Program-made: the position numbers and the translations under genes
Shown here: positions 19,180 to 29,354 of the stretch, piece after piece
Layout: every line of letters starts with the position of its first letter
Numbering within the stretch: position 1 is the first letter of the stretch
DNA from: Gammaproteobacteria bacterium
GTDB taxonomy: Bacteria; Pseudomonadota; Gammaproteobacteria; Magnimaribacterales; AG-339-G14
Reading direction: 5' to 3'
Assembly (NCBI GenBank): GCA_004213955.1
Contig: SGZL01000001.1
Location: 111,552 to 175,551 of the forward strand
DNA: 64,000 bases
Notes under the pieces: model-generated
Database searches by the model: none
Seen by the model: only the letters and a program-made list of their open reading frames with translations
What the model was told of the DNA's origin: nothing

Positions 19180-20268
19180 ATGAAAATTAAATATTTAGAC
19201 GAAACACCTAGAAAACTCAAAGAATTCCCTGTTGAAAATGAATTAAATTTATCAGAGCAAGAAGTCACTGACGTCGCTGAGATATTCAGTACGCCTTTGA
19301 CTGGTTCTTACAATTGGGACTACACAGTTCAAGATAATAGAATTAAGAAGCTTTACGAACTTGGAAAAGAACTCAATTGGAATGTAGAAAAGGATATTGA
19401 TTGGGACCGACCACTACCAGAAAGGGATGAAACGCCTCCCGAGATATTTTGGGATCAATATGAGCCCTATCAAAAATTATCAAATGAAGATAAATTCGAG
19501 TTTTTAAGACATAGAGCTTCATGGTCTTTAAGTCAGTTTCTTCACGGAGAACAAGGAGCGTTATTGGTTGCTTCTCAATTAGTATCGTGCGCGCCAACGT
19601 TTAATGCCAAATTATATGCAGCTTCTCAAACTTTTGATGAGGCAAGACATGTAGAAGCATTTAATAAATATTTACAAACTAGACAAAAATTGATGTACCC
19701 AGTTGGAAGCGGATTAAAATCATTGTTAGATAAAATTCTTACAGATCCAAGATGGGACTTAAAGTTCATTGGTATGCAAATCATCATTGAAGGTCTTGCC
19801 CTTGCTGCTTTTAACCTTGCAAAACAAACATCAAATGATCCAGTTTTCAGAGACATGCTTTATCTTATTATTAGAGATGAAGCTAGACATGTTACTTTTG
19901 GAGTAAATTACTTAGAAGAATATTTAAAAAATCTTTCTCAGGAAGAACTAGAAGAAAGAGCAATGTTCGCTTACGAAGCATGTGTTGTTATGAGAGGTAG
20001 GCTGTTATCTGCAGAAGTATATGAAAAATTTGGTTGGGACGTTGAAGATGCTCTTGAATTTCAATCCAAAACAGATGTGACAAATAATTTCCAACATCTT
20101 TTATTTACAAGAGTTGTGCCTAATTTATCAAGAATAGGCCTAATTACAGAAAAGGTAAGACCTTTGTATGACGAATTAGGTGTTTTGGATTATGAAAGCT
20201 GGCCAACCGATGGAGACATAGATTGGGCTTCTTTAAAACAACCTTTGGATCTTTCTGAATCTGCATAA
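19180..20268 (+). CDS. Ferritin-like diiron (four-helix-bundle) oxygenase, AurF-like family; substrate unknown
   Basis: Duplicated E...EXXH pattern: HGEQGALL / DEARHVEAF and IIEGLALAAF / RDEARHVTFG. Confidence 0.6.
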   Translation: MKIKYLDETPRKLKEFPVENELNLSEQEVTDVAEIFSTPLTGSYNWDYTVQDNRIKKLYELGKELNWNVEKDIDWDRPLPERDETPPEIFWDQYEPYQKLSNEDKFEFLRHRASWSLSQFLHGEQGALLVASQLVSCAPTFNAKLYAASQTFDEARHVEAFNKYLQTRQKLMYPVGSGLKSLLDKILTDPRWDLKFIGMQIIIEGLALAAFNLAKQTSNDPVFRDMLYLIIRDEARHVTFGVNYLEEYLKNLSQEELEERAMFAYEACVVMRGRLLSAEVYEKFGWDVEDALEFQSKTDVTNNFQHLLFTRVVPNLSRIGLITEKVRPLYDELGVLDYESWPTDGDIDWASLKQPLDLSESA

Positions 20269-20285
20269 AATATATTTATTGAAGA

Positions 20286-20306
20286 GGTAGCAATTATTTG
20301 CTAACC
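20286..20306 (+). terminator. Weak hairpin after the diiron gene (possible terminator or pyrG leader element)
   Basis: GGTAGCAA (20286-20293), loop TTAT, TTGCTAACC (20298-20306, one bulged base), then TGATTTT. Confidence 0.25.
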
Positions 20307-20333
20307 TGATTTTCCATCTTGAGATAAAAAAAG

Positions 20334-21953
20334 ATGGCATCTAATCCTAAATATTTATTCGTCACCGGTGGAGTAGTTTCCTCACTTGGTAAAGGGATTT
20401 TCTCTGCATCTCTTGGAGCAATTCTTGAAAGCAGAGGGCTCAAGGTTACGATCCAAAAACTAGATCCTTATATAAATTTAGATCCTGGCACAATGTCCCC
20501 ATTTCAACATGGTGAGGTTTTTGTTACTGAAGATGGATCGGAAACAGACTTAGATTTAGGACATTATGAAAGGTTTCTAGACTCAAAAATGTCTAAATTA
20601 AACAATTTCACTGCTGGTCAAGTTTACGAACATGTCTTAAAAAAAGAGAGAAAAGGAGATTTTCTTGGATCTACAGTTCAAGTGATACCCCACATAACCG
20701 ACGAAATTAAAAAGAGGATTGTTAAGTGTGCTAAAGGAAACGATATAGCAATAATTGAAGTTGGAGGTACCGTTGGGGATATAGAATCACAACCTTTTTT
20801 AGAAGCTATAAGACAAATGAAGCTTGAGTTAGGGAGTAATAGAGCTCTTTTTGCTCATTTGACGCTTATTCCTTTTTTAGCTTCTTCTGGAGAGATAAAA
20901 ACTAAGCCTACGCAACACTCAATTAAAAATCTATTGTCACACGGGATTCAAGCTGATTTATTGATATGTAGATCTGAAAATCCTCTACAAAAATCAGATT
21001 CGAAAAAAATATCTTTATTCACTAATGTTGATGAAAAATGTGTGTTTTCTATTCCTGACGTTAATTCTATTCATTCAATTCCCGAGCTTTTAAATTCTCA
21101 AGGCCTAGATAAGCAAATAATGGAGAAATTAAGATTGAAATCAAAACCGGCAAATTTAAATAGATGGAAAAAAGTTACAAGATTAGAAAAAAATAGAAAG
21201 GGAATTACCAAAATCGCCATGGTAGGAAAATATACTGAGCTTGCTGACTCCTATAAATCAGTTAACGAGGCTCTTGTGCATGCTGGGATCCATAATAAAA
21301 CAGAAGTTGAAATAGAATATTTTGATTCTCAAGATTTTAATAAGGGCGTCAAGAAGTTTAAACCTCAAGGAATATTAATTCCTGGCGGATTCGGAGGCAG
21401 AGGAATAAACGGAATGATAAATGTTGCCAAATATGCAAGAACGAAAAATATTCCTTATCTTGGTATTTGTTTAGGAATGCAAGTAGCTGTGATTGAATTT
21501 GCTAGAAATGTCTTAAAACTTTCAGCAAATAGTACAGAATTTGAGAAAAATACAAAACACCCTGTAATTGCATTGATTACTGAATGGATGGATAAAAAAG
21601 GTTTAACGCAGATTAGAAATGAAAATTCAGATAAGGGTGGAACAATGAGGTTGGGCAGTCAAGTATGTATTTTGGAAAAAAATAGCAAGATGTCAAAAAT
21701 GTATGACTGTATAAAAATTTCAGAAAGACATAGGCATAGATATGAATTTAATAGTAATTATCTAAAACAAATGAAGATGAATGGTATGAATATTGTTGGA
21801 TTTTCAGAAGATAAAAATTTAGTTGAAGCTATCGAGCTTAAAGGACATAAATGGTTTGTTGGGTGTCAATTTCATCCCGAATTTACTTCAGATCCTAGAA
21901 CAGGACATCCTTTATTTAATGGTTTTGTCAGAGCTGCTAAAGTTACAAAATGA
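20334..21953 (+). CDS. pyrG: CTP synthase
   Basis: [11 protein letters not shown]-terminus. GATase GICLGMQ. 539 aa. Confidence 0.97.
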   Translation: MASNPKYLFVTGGVVSSLGKGIFSASLGAILESRGLKVTIQKLDPYINLDPGTMSPFQHGEVFVTEDGSETDLDLGHYERFLDSKMSKLNNFTAGQVYEHVLKKERKGDFLGSTVQVIPHITDEIKKRIVKCAKGNDIAIIEVGGTVGDIESQPFLEAIRQMKLELGSNRALFAHLTLIPFLASSGEIKTKPTQHSIKNLLSHGIQADLLICRSENPLQKSDSKKISLFTNVDEKCVFSIPDVNSIHSIPELLNSQGLDKQIMEKLRLKSKPANLNRWKKVTRLEKNRKGITKIAMVGKYTELADSYKSVNEALVHAGIHNKTEVEIEYFDSQDFNKGVKKFKPQGILIPGGFGGRGINGMINVAKYARTKNIPYLGICLGMQVAVIEFARNVLKLSANSTEFEKNTKHPVIALITEWMDKKGLTQIRNENSDKGGTMRLGSQVCILEKNSKMSKMYDCIKISERHRHRYEFNSNYLKQMKMNGMNIVGFSEDKNLVEAIELKGHKWFVGCQFHPEFTSDPRTGHPLFNGFVRAAKVTK

Positions 21954-22771
21954 AAAAAGTTATTCTCGATGGAATAGAAATATCCAATAAAGATAAAATA
22001 TGTTTTTTTGCTGGCCTAAATATTTTAGAAACTAAGGAACAAGCATTAGAAGTAGCTTTAAATTTAAGAGATATATGTAGCAAGCTTGAAAATTCATTCA
22101 TATTCAAAGCTTCATTTGATAAGGCCAATAGATCCTCAATTAATTCTTACAGAGGTCCTGGAATTAGTAATGCCATTGAAATCTTTAAAGAACTTAAAAA
22201 GGAAAATATTAAAATTATTTCTGATGTTCATGAAATAGGTCAGATCTCACAATTTCAAGAATTTATTGACATTATTCAAATTCCGGCTTTTTTATGTCGT
22301 CAAACTGACTTAATTAAAGAAGCATGTGAAACAAAAAAACCAATTAACATTAAAAAAGGACAGTTTCTATCACCTTATCAAATGACAAATATAGTTGAGA
22401 AATGTAGCGCATTTGGAAATGAAAATATTTTACTTTGTGAAAGAGGCACATCTTTTGGATACAATAATCTCGTGGTAGATATGTTGGGATTGTCTGAAAT
22501 GAAAAAAATAGGAAATCCAATTGTATTTGATGTTACTCACTCACTACAAATTCCTGGAGGACAAGGAGACGCTGCAAGCGGAAGAGGAGAGCAAGCTTTG
22601 GATTTAGCTTTTTCAGGAGTAGCTCAAGGGATAGCAGCAATGTTTATAGAGACTCATCCTTCGCCTAAAGATGCAAAATGCGATGGACCATCAGCTACAA
22701 AACTCAGCGAAATGGAGTCTTTTCTTAGGAAAGTATCTGATTTGGATTCTTTCGTTAAAGCACAAAAATGA
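21950..22771 (+). CDS. kdsA: 2-dehydro-3-deoxyphosphooctonate aldolase (KDO-8-P synthase)
   Basis: 273 aa with [11 protein letters not shown] and FDVTHSLQ motifs. pyrG-kdsA-eno synteny. Confidence 0.93.
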   Translation: MKKVILDGIEISNKDKICFFAGLNILETKEQALEVALNLRDICSKLENSFIFKASFDKANRSSINSYRGPGISNAIEIFKELKKENIKIISDVHEIGQISQFQEFIDIIQIPAFLCRQTDLIKEACETKKPINIKKGQFLSPYQMTNIVEKCSAFGNENILLCERGTSFGYNNLVVDMLGLSEMKKIGNPIVFDVTHSLQIPGGQGDAASGRGEQALDLAFSGVAQGIAAMFIETHPSPKDAKCDGPSATKLSEMESFLRKVSDLDSFVKAQK

Positions 22772-24051
22772 AAATCAAAAAAATAAATTCTATTGAAATA
22801 TTAGATTCTAGAGGTACGCCTACTATTATGACTTCAATAGAATTAGAAGATGGTACTTTAGAATTTGGATATGTACCTTCAGGAGCCTCTACTGGATCAA
22901 GAGAAGCTATTGAAAAGAGAGATGGGGGAAACACTTATAATGGAAAAGGGTTAGACCTTACAATTAAAAATTCAGCAGAAAATTTATTCCCATCTTTAAT
23001 AGGATTTAATTTAAGTGATCAATTAGATTTTGATTCAAAATTAATCGAATTAGATGGATCTGAAAATAAAGAAAACTTTGGCGCTAATATTTTACTATCT
23101 TTATCATTGGCAGCTTGTAAAGCATTAGCTTCTCATCACAAAAAACCTTTATATAGATATTTAAATGAACTAGCAAAATCCCTAGGGATTCATACCACCC
23201 TGAAAGCTCCCTTACCAATGATGAATATTTTAAATGGAGGGGCTCACGCTAATAATGGATTGGATTTTCAAGAATTTATGATTCAACCTTTAGGCTTTTC
23301 AACTTTTAAGGAAAGTATTATTTGCGGGGTTGAAGTTTTTCAAGAATTAAAAAATACTCTAGCTAAAAAAGGCCTTTCAACAGCTGTTGGTGATGAAGGG
23401 GGGTTTGCTCCAAATATTAATTCATCAGAGGAAGCTTTAAATTTAATTTGCGAGGCTATCACTTCATCAGGTTATAGAGTGGGGGATGACGTAACTTTTG
23501 CATTGGACTGCGCCTCAACAGAGATTTTTAATAATAATGCTTATGAGCTTAATAAGAGAAAACTATCTTCTCAAGATTTAATAAAATTTCTAAAATTATT
23601 AAAAGATAAGTTTCCTATAACTTCCATTGAAGACGCCCTAGATGAAAACGATTGGAACGGTTGGATTGATTTAACAGAAACCCTGGGCTCAGAAACTCAA
23701 CTCGTAGGAGATGATTTATTTGTAACGAACAAAATTTTTTTAAAAAAAGGTATCGAAATGAAAGCTGGAAATGCAATTTTGATAAAAATTAATCAAATTG
23801 GTACCTTGAGTGAAACTTTAGAAACAATAAAGCTTGCTTTGGACAATAAGTTTAAATGCATTATTTCTCATAGATCAGGTGAGACGGAAGATAGTTTTAT
23901 AGCCGATCTTGCAGTTGCCACCGGCGTAGGACAAATCAAAACAGGAGCTCCTTCAAGGTCGGATAGAACTTCTAAATACAATCGGTTGTTATATATTGAT
24001 GCAATAGAAAATCTTTCATTTGACGGTAAAAAAGAAATCAGACATCAATGA
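22768..24051 (+). CDS. eno: Enolase
   Basis: SHRSGETED and IKTGAPSRSDR motifs. Confidence 0.97.
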   Translation: MKIKKINSIEILDSRGTPTIMTSIELEDGTLEFGYVPSGASTGSREAIEKRDGGNTYNGKGLDLTIKNSAENLFPSLIGFNLSDQLDFDSKLIELDGSENKENFGANILLSLSLAACKALASHHKKPLYRYLNELAKSLGIHTTLKAPLPMMNILNGGAHANNGLDFQEFMIQPLGFSTFKESIICGVEVFQELKNTLAKKGLSTAVGDEGGFAPNINSSEEALNLICEAITSSGYRVGDDVTFALDCASTEIFNNNAYELNKRKLSSQDLIKFLKLLKDKFPITSIEDALDENDWNGWIDLTETLGSETQLVGDDLFVTNKIFLKKGIEMKAGNAILIKINQIGTLSETLETIKLALDNKFKCIISHRSGETEDSFIADLAVATGVGQIKTGAPSRSDRTSKYNRLLYIDAIENLSFDGKKEIRHQ

Positions 24052-24278
24052 TTTTTACAAAAAAAAACTTTGTACTATTTCTTCTTTTATCAATGACGAC
24101 TATTTTTTTTTATTATACGGTTAATATTTTCTTTGGAAATTACAGTTTTTCTGAGATAAGAAAATTGAGTATTGATTTAGAAAATTTGAAAAATTCAAAT
24201 GATATCCTGGAAAATGAAAACAAAGTCCTGTTTCAAAATTACAAAAAATTAATTAAAGAAAAGGAAATTATTAAATGA
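24048..24278 (+). CDS. ftsB: Cell division protein FtsB (short)
   Basis: 76 aa with a TM helix plus a leucine-zipper-like coiled coil. Canonical slot between eno and ispD. Confidence 0.72.
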   Translation: MIFTKKNFVLFLLLSMTTIFFYYTVNIFFGNYSFSEIRKLSIDLENLKNSNDILENENKVLFQNYKKLIKEKEIIK

Positions 24279-24988
24279 GTGAACAATACCTTGCATTGAT
24301 ACCTGCCGCAGGAGTTGGTTCAAGGGCTCAATTAAAAATGGCGAAACAATTCACTGAGATTGGCTCTAAAACAATAATAGAATATGCATTAGATCCATTT
24401 TTGTTAGATGAAAATTGCAAAAAAATCTGTGTGGTGACACAAGAAGATAATGAAGTTTGGGCCTCTTTGTCTATTTCAGCTCACGAAAAGATTGTTACTT
24501 GTATAGGCGGAGATACGAGAATGGAATCAGTTTTAAAGGGTTTGGAGTTATTAATGGAATCTGAAGACAAAGGTTCGTTAGTAGCAATTCACGACGCTGC
24601 GAGACCATGTTTATCCATCGAAGATTTAAAAAAAATAATGGATTTTGCTAATGAAGAATTGAAGGATGAGGGTCAGGGTGTTTTTTTAGCTCATCAGCCC
24701 TCAGAGAGCGTTAATCTGGGAGATAAAAATAAGGTTACTAAAAGCTTAGATCGCTCAAAGGTCTGGCTATCAGCAACCCCCCAGGTTTTTTTCTTAGAGG
24801 ACATAATGAAGGCATTATGGAGCGCCAAAGAAGAAGAAAAGTTTTTTTCTGATGAAGTTGGAGCAGCTTTTACTTTTTTTAAAAGTACTATAAGTCCGTT
24901 ATTATCGGATCGAATGAATATAAAAGTTACCAAAAAAGAAGATTTGATATTAGTCGAACAATATCTCAAGCTCTCAGGAAGATTATGA
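24275..24988 (+). CDS. ispD: 2-C-methyl-D-erythritol 4-phosphate cytidylyltransferase
   Basis: IPAAGVGSR motif and HDAARP motif. Confidence 0.92.
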   Translation: MSEQYLALIPAAGVGSRAQLKMAKQFTEIGSKTIIEYALDPFLLDENCKKICVVTQEDNEVWASLSISAHEKIVTCIGGDTRMESVLKGLELLMESEDKGSLVAIHDAARPCLSIEDLKKIMDFANEELKDEGQGVFLAHQPSESVNLGDKNKVTKSLDRSKVWLSATPQVFFLEDIMKALWSAKEEEKFFSDEVGAAFTFFKSTISPLLSDRMNIKVTKKEDLILVEQYLKLSGRL

Positions 24989-25467
24989 TGCATTTTAGAA
25001 TTGGGAATGGTTTTGATGCCCATAAGCTTGAAAAGGGTAATGGAATTACGCTTGGTGGAATTTTTATACCTTGTGAATACAGTTTAATAGCTCATTCTGA
25101 TGGAGATATTATTGCTCATACAATATGTGATGCTCTACTAGGAGCAGCAAACTTAGGAGATATTGGAATCCACTTTCCAAATACAAAAAAATTTGAAAAT
25201 ATCTCAGGAAAAAAAATGATAGATGAAGTATTGAATAAACTTCAAGAAAAAAATTATGAAATATCTAATGTTGATATAACTTATATTGGGGAAGTTCCAA
25301 GATTAAATAGTTTTAAGTTAGAAATAATAAGTAGTCTTTCTAACTTTTTAAAAGTAGATGAGGAAAAAATCTCTTGTAAAGCTACAACCACAGACCAACT
25401 TGGTTTCGCTGGTAAAAAAGAAGGAGTAGCTTGTCTTACAAACGTATTAATTTACAAAAATTCTTAA
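24985..25467 (+). CDS. ispF: 2-C-methyl-D-erythritol 2,4-cyclodiphosphate synthase
   Basis: GNGFDAHKL and HSDGD motifs. Confidence 0.94.
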   Translation: MMHFRIGNGFDAHKLEKGNGITLGGIFIPCEYSLIAHSDGDIIAHTICDALLGAANLGDIGIHFPNTKKFENISGKKMIDEVLNKLQEKNYEISNVDITYIGEVPRLNSFKLEIISSLSNFLKVDEEKISCKATTTDQLGFAGKKEGVACLTNVLIYKNS

Positions 25468-26147
25468 TGAATATTCTTTTGACAAATGACGATGGAATAG
25501 ACCATCCGGGAATTCAAGCCCTTATCTCAAAACTTTCAGAGGAACACAATGTCTTTACTATGGCGCCAGATAGAAACAGAAGCGGTTTTGGAAGTGCGAT
25601 CACTTTCTTAACAGAAACAAAAGCAACAAAGATAGAAAAAAATATTTATAGCCTCGATGGAACTCCGGTCGATTGTGTAAAAAATGCTCTAGATTATTAT
25701 TGCCCGTTTGAACCAGACATAGTGGTTTCTGGAATAAATCCAGGTCCAAATTTAGGTCAAGTTTTATTATATTCTGGAACTGTAGGAGCAGCACTCGAAG
25801 GAAGAAATTTAAAGTATCCAGCTATAGCGGTTTCTGTAGCATCTTTTGACATAACAGATTACAGCTTTGCAGCTGATACTGTAGAGAATATTTTAAGTAA
25901 AATTAATAAATTAAATATAGATCCATCTTCTATATTGAATTTAAACGTACCAGATCATAAAAAATTCAAAAACCCTAAATTAAAAATAACTAAGACCTAT
26001 TTGGATGAGCAAAATAAAGTTAAAGGAGATTTTTTAGAAGATCAAAAATGTCTAGAAGAAGGGTCAATTTCTCTATCTCCAATAAAACTAGAAACAATTT
26101 CTAGTGCTAATTTAAAAGGGCTCGTAGATTTTCTTAATGAGTTTTGA
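25467..26147 (+). CDS. surE: 5'/3'-nucleotidase SurE
   Basis: MNILLTNDDGI N-terminus. Start taken at the ATG sharing 1 nt with the ispF stop (TAATG). Confidence 0.9.
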   Translation: MNILLTNDDGIDHPGIQALISKLSEEHNVFTMAPDRNRSGFGSAITFLTETKATKIEKNIYSLDGTPVDCVKNALDYYCPFEPDIVVSGINPGPNLGQVLLYSGTVGAALEGRNLKYPAIAVSVASFDITDYSFAADTVENILSKINKLNIDPSSILNLNVPDHKKFKNPKLKITKTYLDEQNKVKGDFLEDQKCLEEGSISLSPIKLETISSANLKGLVDFLNEF

Positions 26148-26826
26148 AAAATCGATAGATTTAAACTATCAGAGAGCAAGAAAAGCCTTGGTTGAAGAGA
26201 TTTCTTCTAAAGGAATTTCAGATTTAAGAGTTCTAGATGCTTTTTTAAAAACTCCAAGACATCTATTTATTGATGGAGCATTTTCTTCAAGAGCCTACCA
26301 AGATATGTCTTTGCCAATAGGTTATCATCAAACTATTTCCCAACCCTTTGTAGTTGCAAGAATGATTGAATTAATTTTGAAAGGTAGCATTTTTGAAAAA
26401 GCTCCTTTAGGTACAATTCTTGAAATTGGTACAGGATGCGGATATCAAACAGCTATACTTTCAAAATTTTGTAGAAAAGTTTTTTCAATTGAAAGAATTT
26501 CTCCTCTGGCAGAAAGAGCAAAAAGTAATTTGAAATCCGCTGGTGTAAAAAATTTTCTTATCAGATGCGCTGATGGATCATTAGGTTGGCCTACATTTAA
26601 AAAATTCGATGCAATAATCTGTTCTGCAGTAAGTAGTAATATTCCAGAATCTTTGATAAAACAACTTGAAGTCTCTGGCAAGTTAATTTGTCCCGTTGGT
26701 AATGATAAAAACCAAAATTTAGTTTTGGTTGAAAAAAAAAGTAAAACAGAGATTACAAAAAAACTTTTAGATTCTGTTTTATTTGTCCCAATGCTGCCAG
26801 GTACAGTAGAGAAAGATCTTACATAA
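26137..26826 (+). CDS. pcm: Protein-L-isoaspartate O-methyltransferase
   Basis: EIGTGCGYQTA SAM motif. surE-pcm synteny. Confidence 0.92.
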   Translation: MSFEKSIDLNYQRARKALVEEISSKGISDLRVLDAFLKTPRHLFIDGAFSSRAYQDMSLPIGYHQTISQPFVVARMIELILKGSIFEKAPLGTILEIGTGCGYQTAILSKFCRKVFSIERISPLAERAKSNLKSAGVKNFLIRCADGSLGWPTFKKFDAIICSAVSSNIPESLIKQLEVSGKLICPVGNDKNQNLVLVEKKSKTEITKKLLDSVLFVPMLPGTVEKDLT

Positions 26827-26866
26827 AAATGTAGAAACAAAATTAAGTCAGCTGTAAAATATTTTA

Positions 26867-27076
26867 ATGGAACTTTTTAATAGTCTTTTAAAAGATCACC
26901 TTTCTAAATGGGCCTTGGTTTGGTTTGGTTTTCTGTTCTGGGGCAGTATTTTTAGTGCTTTTTTGATAATGTTTTTTCAAAATATAAGCCATTCTTATTT
27001 ATACGTTCTAGGTTATTTCTTAGGAATAATATTTGGAATATTTTCAAAAATTAATAAATGGTCATGGATAAATTAG
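26867..27076 (+). CDS. Small hydrophobic protein (two predicted TM helices), function unknown
   Basis: 69 aa. Overlaps the downstream desaturase gene by 19 nt. No recognisable motif. Confidence 0.4.
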   Translation: MELFNSLLKDHLSKWALVWFGFLFWGSIFSAFLIMFFQNISHSYLYVLGYFLGIIFGIFSKINKWSWIN

Positions 27077-28008
27077 CCTGCAACGAAAATTTAGATAACG
27101 TTGAATCCAGTAATGTTCAGGATTTATCATTAGAAGCTGAAAAAAAAATAGCCAGATCCTTTATGGGTAGGATCGAATGGGAAATGATTTTGATTGGGTT
27201 CACCCAATTTTTTGTTTGGCTTGGAGTCTGGGGAGTAGTTATCAATGGTCTTTTACCTGTTTGGATAGGTTTTTTAATATTGATGGTAACAACTACTTTT
27301 GCTTACTTACCATCTCACGCTGGACAGCATGGACATCTTTCCGGAAACAAAAAACATCTTGCTTGGGTAGACTATGTTGTTGGTCAGATATCATTAATTC
27401 CACTTGCACAATCACATGACATATTAAAAGTAACTCATCTAAAACATCATGCTCACACTAATGATCCAAGTCGAGATCCAGATTATAAACATACTCATAC
27501 CGGAAGTTGGCTAAAATCAGCTCTTCAAGTACATTTTCAAACAGGTGACAGGGATGAGAGGCTCAATGATATGATTGAAAATTGGACTAATACAGAACCT
27601 AAATTTAAAGAAGCTGTAGACAGAGGAGCTTTAGTCACCTTGGGATTTTTTGTCATTCAAATAGTAATGGCAATTAATTTTCCCTTGGAAACACTTCTTT
27701 TATGGTGGCTACCCAGAAAATTTACTGTTTCGTATTTAGGGGTAATTTTTTCACATATGCCACATCGCGACCTACCAGTTGGAAGACACGCAGATACAAG
27801 ATTTTGGAGTAATGGGATTATTAGGTTTTTTAATCATTCAATGCAAATTCATGCCATGCATCATATGTATCCTAAAATTTGTCATCATGATGAGCCAAAG
27901 GCAATTGAGGCTTTAAGACCTTATATGATTGAAAGAGGTATACCTGGAGCAGATAAGATTCCTGAAAGGATTATCAATAATCCCTTAACTAGCTTGAAGT
28001 CTGTCTAG
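27058..28008 (+). CDS. Membrane fatty-acid-desaturase-family diiron enzyme
   Basis: Three His boxes (HAGQHGH, HLKHHAHTNDPSRDPD, HAMHHMYP). Two N-terminal TM hairpins. Confidence 0.75.
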   Translation: MVMDKLACNENLDNVESSNVQDLSLEAEKKIARSFMGRIEWEMILIGFTQFFVWLGVWGVVINGLLPVWIGFLILMVTTTFAYLPSHAGQHGHLSGNKKHLAWVDYVVGQISLIPLAQSHDILKVTHLKHHAHTNDPSRDPDYKHTHTGSWLKSALQVHFQTGDRDERLNDMIENWTNTEPKFKEAVDRGALVTLGFFVIQIVMAINFPLETLLLWWLPRKFTVSYLGVIFSHMPHRDLPVGRHADTRFWSNGIIRFFNHSMQIHAMHHMYPKICHHDEPKAIEALRPYMIERGIPGADKIPERIINNPLTSLKSV

Positions 28009-28439
28009 ATTTTATCTAATGGATTTGAACCTTCTGGTAATTTAGAAGGTTGAATTGTATGAAGCAAAGTAGCTGCAAGTTTATTTTCTGAATTGAATAA
28101 TTTTCCTTCAACTGTTGCAAGTTTTTTACCTAATTTGATAATTCTTACTTCAATCATAGCTTCTCCTAAAGCTACCGGTCTGTGGAACAGAACGTGAAGA
28201 TCAGTTGTTAACGGACCTATTTCGAAGTTATATGCTGATATTACTACCATAGCCGTAGCATCATCGAGTGCAGCTGTAATCATTCCTCCTTGAACCATAT
28301 TCATTGGGTTTGTTGTTTCGATTGGAAAAGTAGCTTTTAATTTGTAAACATCTCCTACAGTTTCAATATATTCAAGGTTCAAAAATTTTGCTGTATTTCC
28401 AGGTTTTTGCCTATTTAACCAATCAAGTGCTATTTTCAT
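28005..28439 (-). CDS. Hotdog-fold (PaaI-like) thioesterase
   Basis: 144 aa. NxxGxxHGG-like segment MNMVQGGMITAALDD typical of 4HBT/PaaI thioesterases. Confidence 0.6.
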   Translation of the reverse strand: MKIALDWLNRQKPGNTAKFLNLEYIETVGDVYKLKATFPIETTNPMNMVQGGMITAALDDATAMVVISAYNFEIGPLTTDLHVLFHRPVALGEAMIEVRIIKLGKKLATVEGKLFNSENKLAATLLHTIQPSKLPEGSNPLDKI

Positions 28440-28460
28440 TTATTTCTCGCTTTGCGTTTA

Positions 28461-28787
28461 TTATTCAAGTATTAAGACTTCTATTTTATTTTTAGATTCT
28501 GACCATTTTTCTGCATCAGGTAAAGCCTCTTTTTTTTCTGAAATATTTGGCCAAATTTTCGAATATTTTTCGTTGATTTCAATGAATTCTATTTCATCCG
28601 CAGGAACTTCGTCTTCTGCATATATAGCATTTACGGGACATTCAGGTTCACATAATCCGCAGTCAATACATTCTTCTGGATCAATAACTAGAGTATTTTC
28701 TCCTTCGTAAAAACAGTCCACAGGACAAACCTCAACACAATCTGTATGTTTACAATTAATACAAGCTTGACCAACAATAAATGTCAT
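28461..28787 (-). CDS. fdxA: 7Fe ferredoxin (3Fe-4S + 4Fe-4S), FdxA type
   Basis: [14 protein letters not shown] and [12 protein letters not shown] motifs. 108 aa. Confidence 0.9.
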   Translation of the reverse strand: MTFIVGQACINCKHTDCVEVCPVDCFYEGENTLVIDPEECIDCGLCEPECPVNAIYAEDEVPADEIEFIEINEKYSKIWPNISEKKEALPDAEKWSESKNKIEVLILE

Positions 28788-28807
28788 AGATAAATTATAA
28801 TTTATAT

Positions 28808-29299
28808 ATGGTTAATTCAGAGAGTGTTTTAAATGACTTAGCAGAAAAAGTTGCAACCTTATTATCAGAAAAAGAATTGACTATTTCGACAGCAGAATCC
28901 TGTACTGGAGGATGGGTTGGTAAAGAGTTCACTGGTATTCCGGGAAGTTCAAAATGGTATGGAACTGGTTTTATTACTTATTCAAATCATGCAAAGCATG
29001 ATTTATTAAAAGTCTCTAAAGAGTCTCTAAAGGTTCATGGAGCGGTTTCAAAAAAAGTTGTCGAAGAGATGGCTGAAGGAGTAAAAAAAATAAGTAATTC
29101 AGACTTAAGTATAGCAATTAGCGGAATTGCCGGACCTACAGGAGGGACTAAAGCAAAACCTGTGGGCACTATTTGTTTTGCATATTCAGACGAAACTAAT
29201 ACAAGGAGTTATGAAAAATTTTTTACAGGCAACAGAGATGAGGTCAGGAAAGCCAGTGTTAAATTTATTCTTGAAGAAATTATAAATAATTTAAATTAA
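28808..29299 (+). CDS. pncC: CinA C-terminal domain / nicotinamide-nucleotide amidohydrolase PncC
   Basis: TAESCTGG motif. 163 aa. Sits upstream of recA, as in many bacteria. Confidence 0.85.
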   Translation: MVNSESVLNDLAEKVATLLSEKELTISTAESCTGGWVGKEFTGIPGSSKWYGTGFITYSNHAKHDLLKVSKESLKVHGAVSKKVVEEMAEGVKKISNSDLSIAISGIAGPTGGTKAKPVGTICFAYSDETNTRSYEKFFTGNRDEVRKASVKFILEEIINNLN

Positions 29300-29348
29300 T
29301 TGCAATATTTAAAAAAATAAAGTTATAATACTGTAAATTTATACAGTA
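29300..29348 (+). promoter_or_regulatory. recA promoter with LexA (SOS) box
   Basis: TTGCAA (29300-29305), 18-nt spacer, TATAAT (29324-29329). TACTGTAAATTTATACAGTA (29329-29348) fits CTG-N10-CAG and ends 7 nt before the recA ATG. Confidence 0.7.
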
Positions 29349-29354
29349 ATTAAT

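Noticed and set aside
27177-27419. 80-aa same-strand ORF nested in an alternative frame of the desaturase gene
   Set aside because: It is entirely contained in a gene with clear His-box motifs in the other frame. It has no start context and no conserved features.
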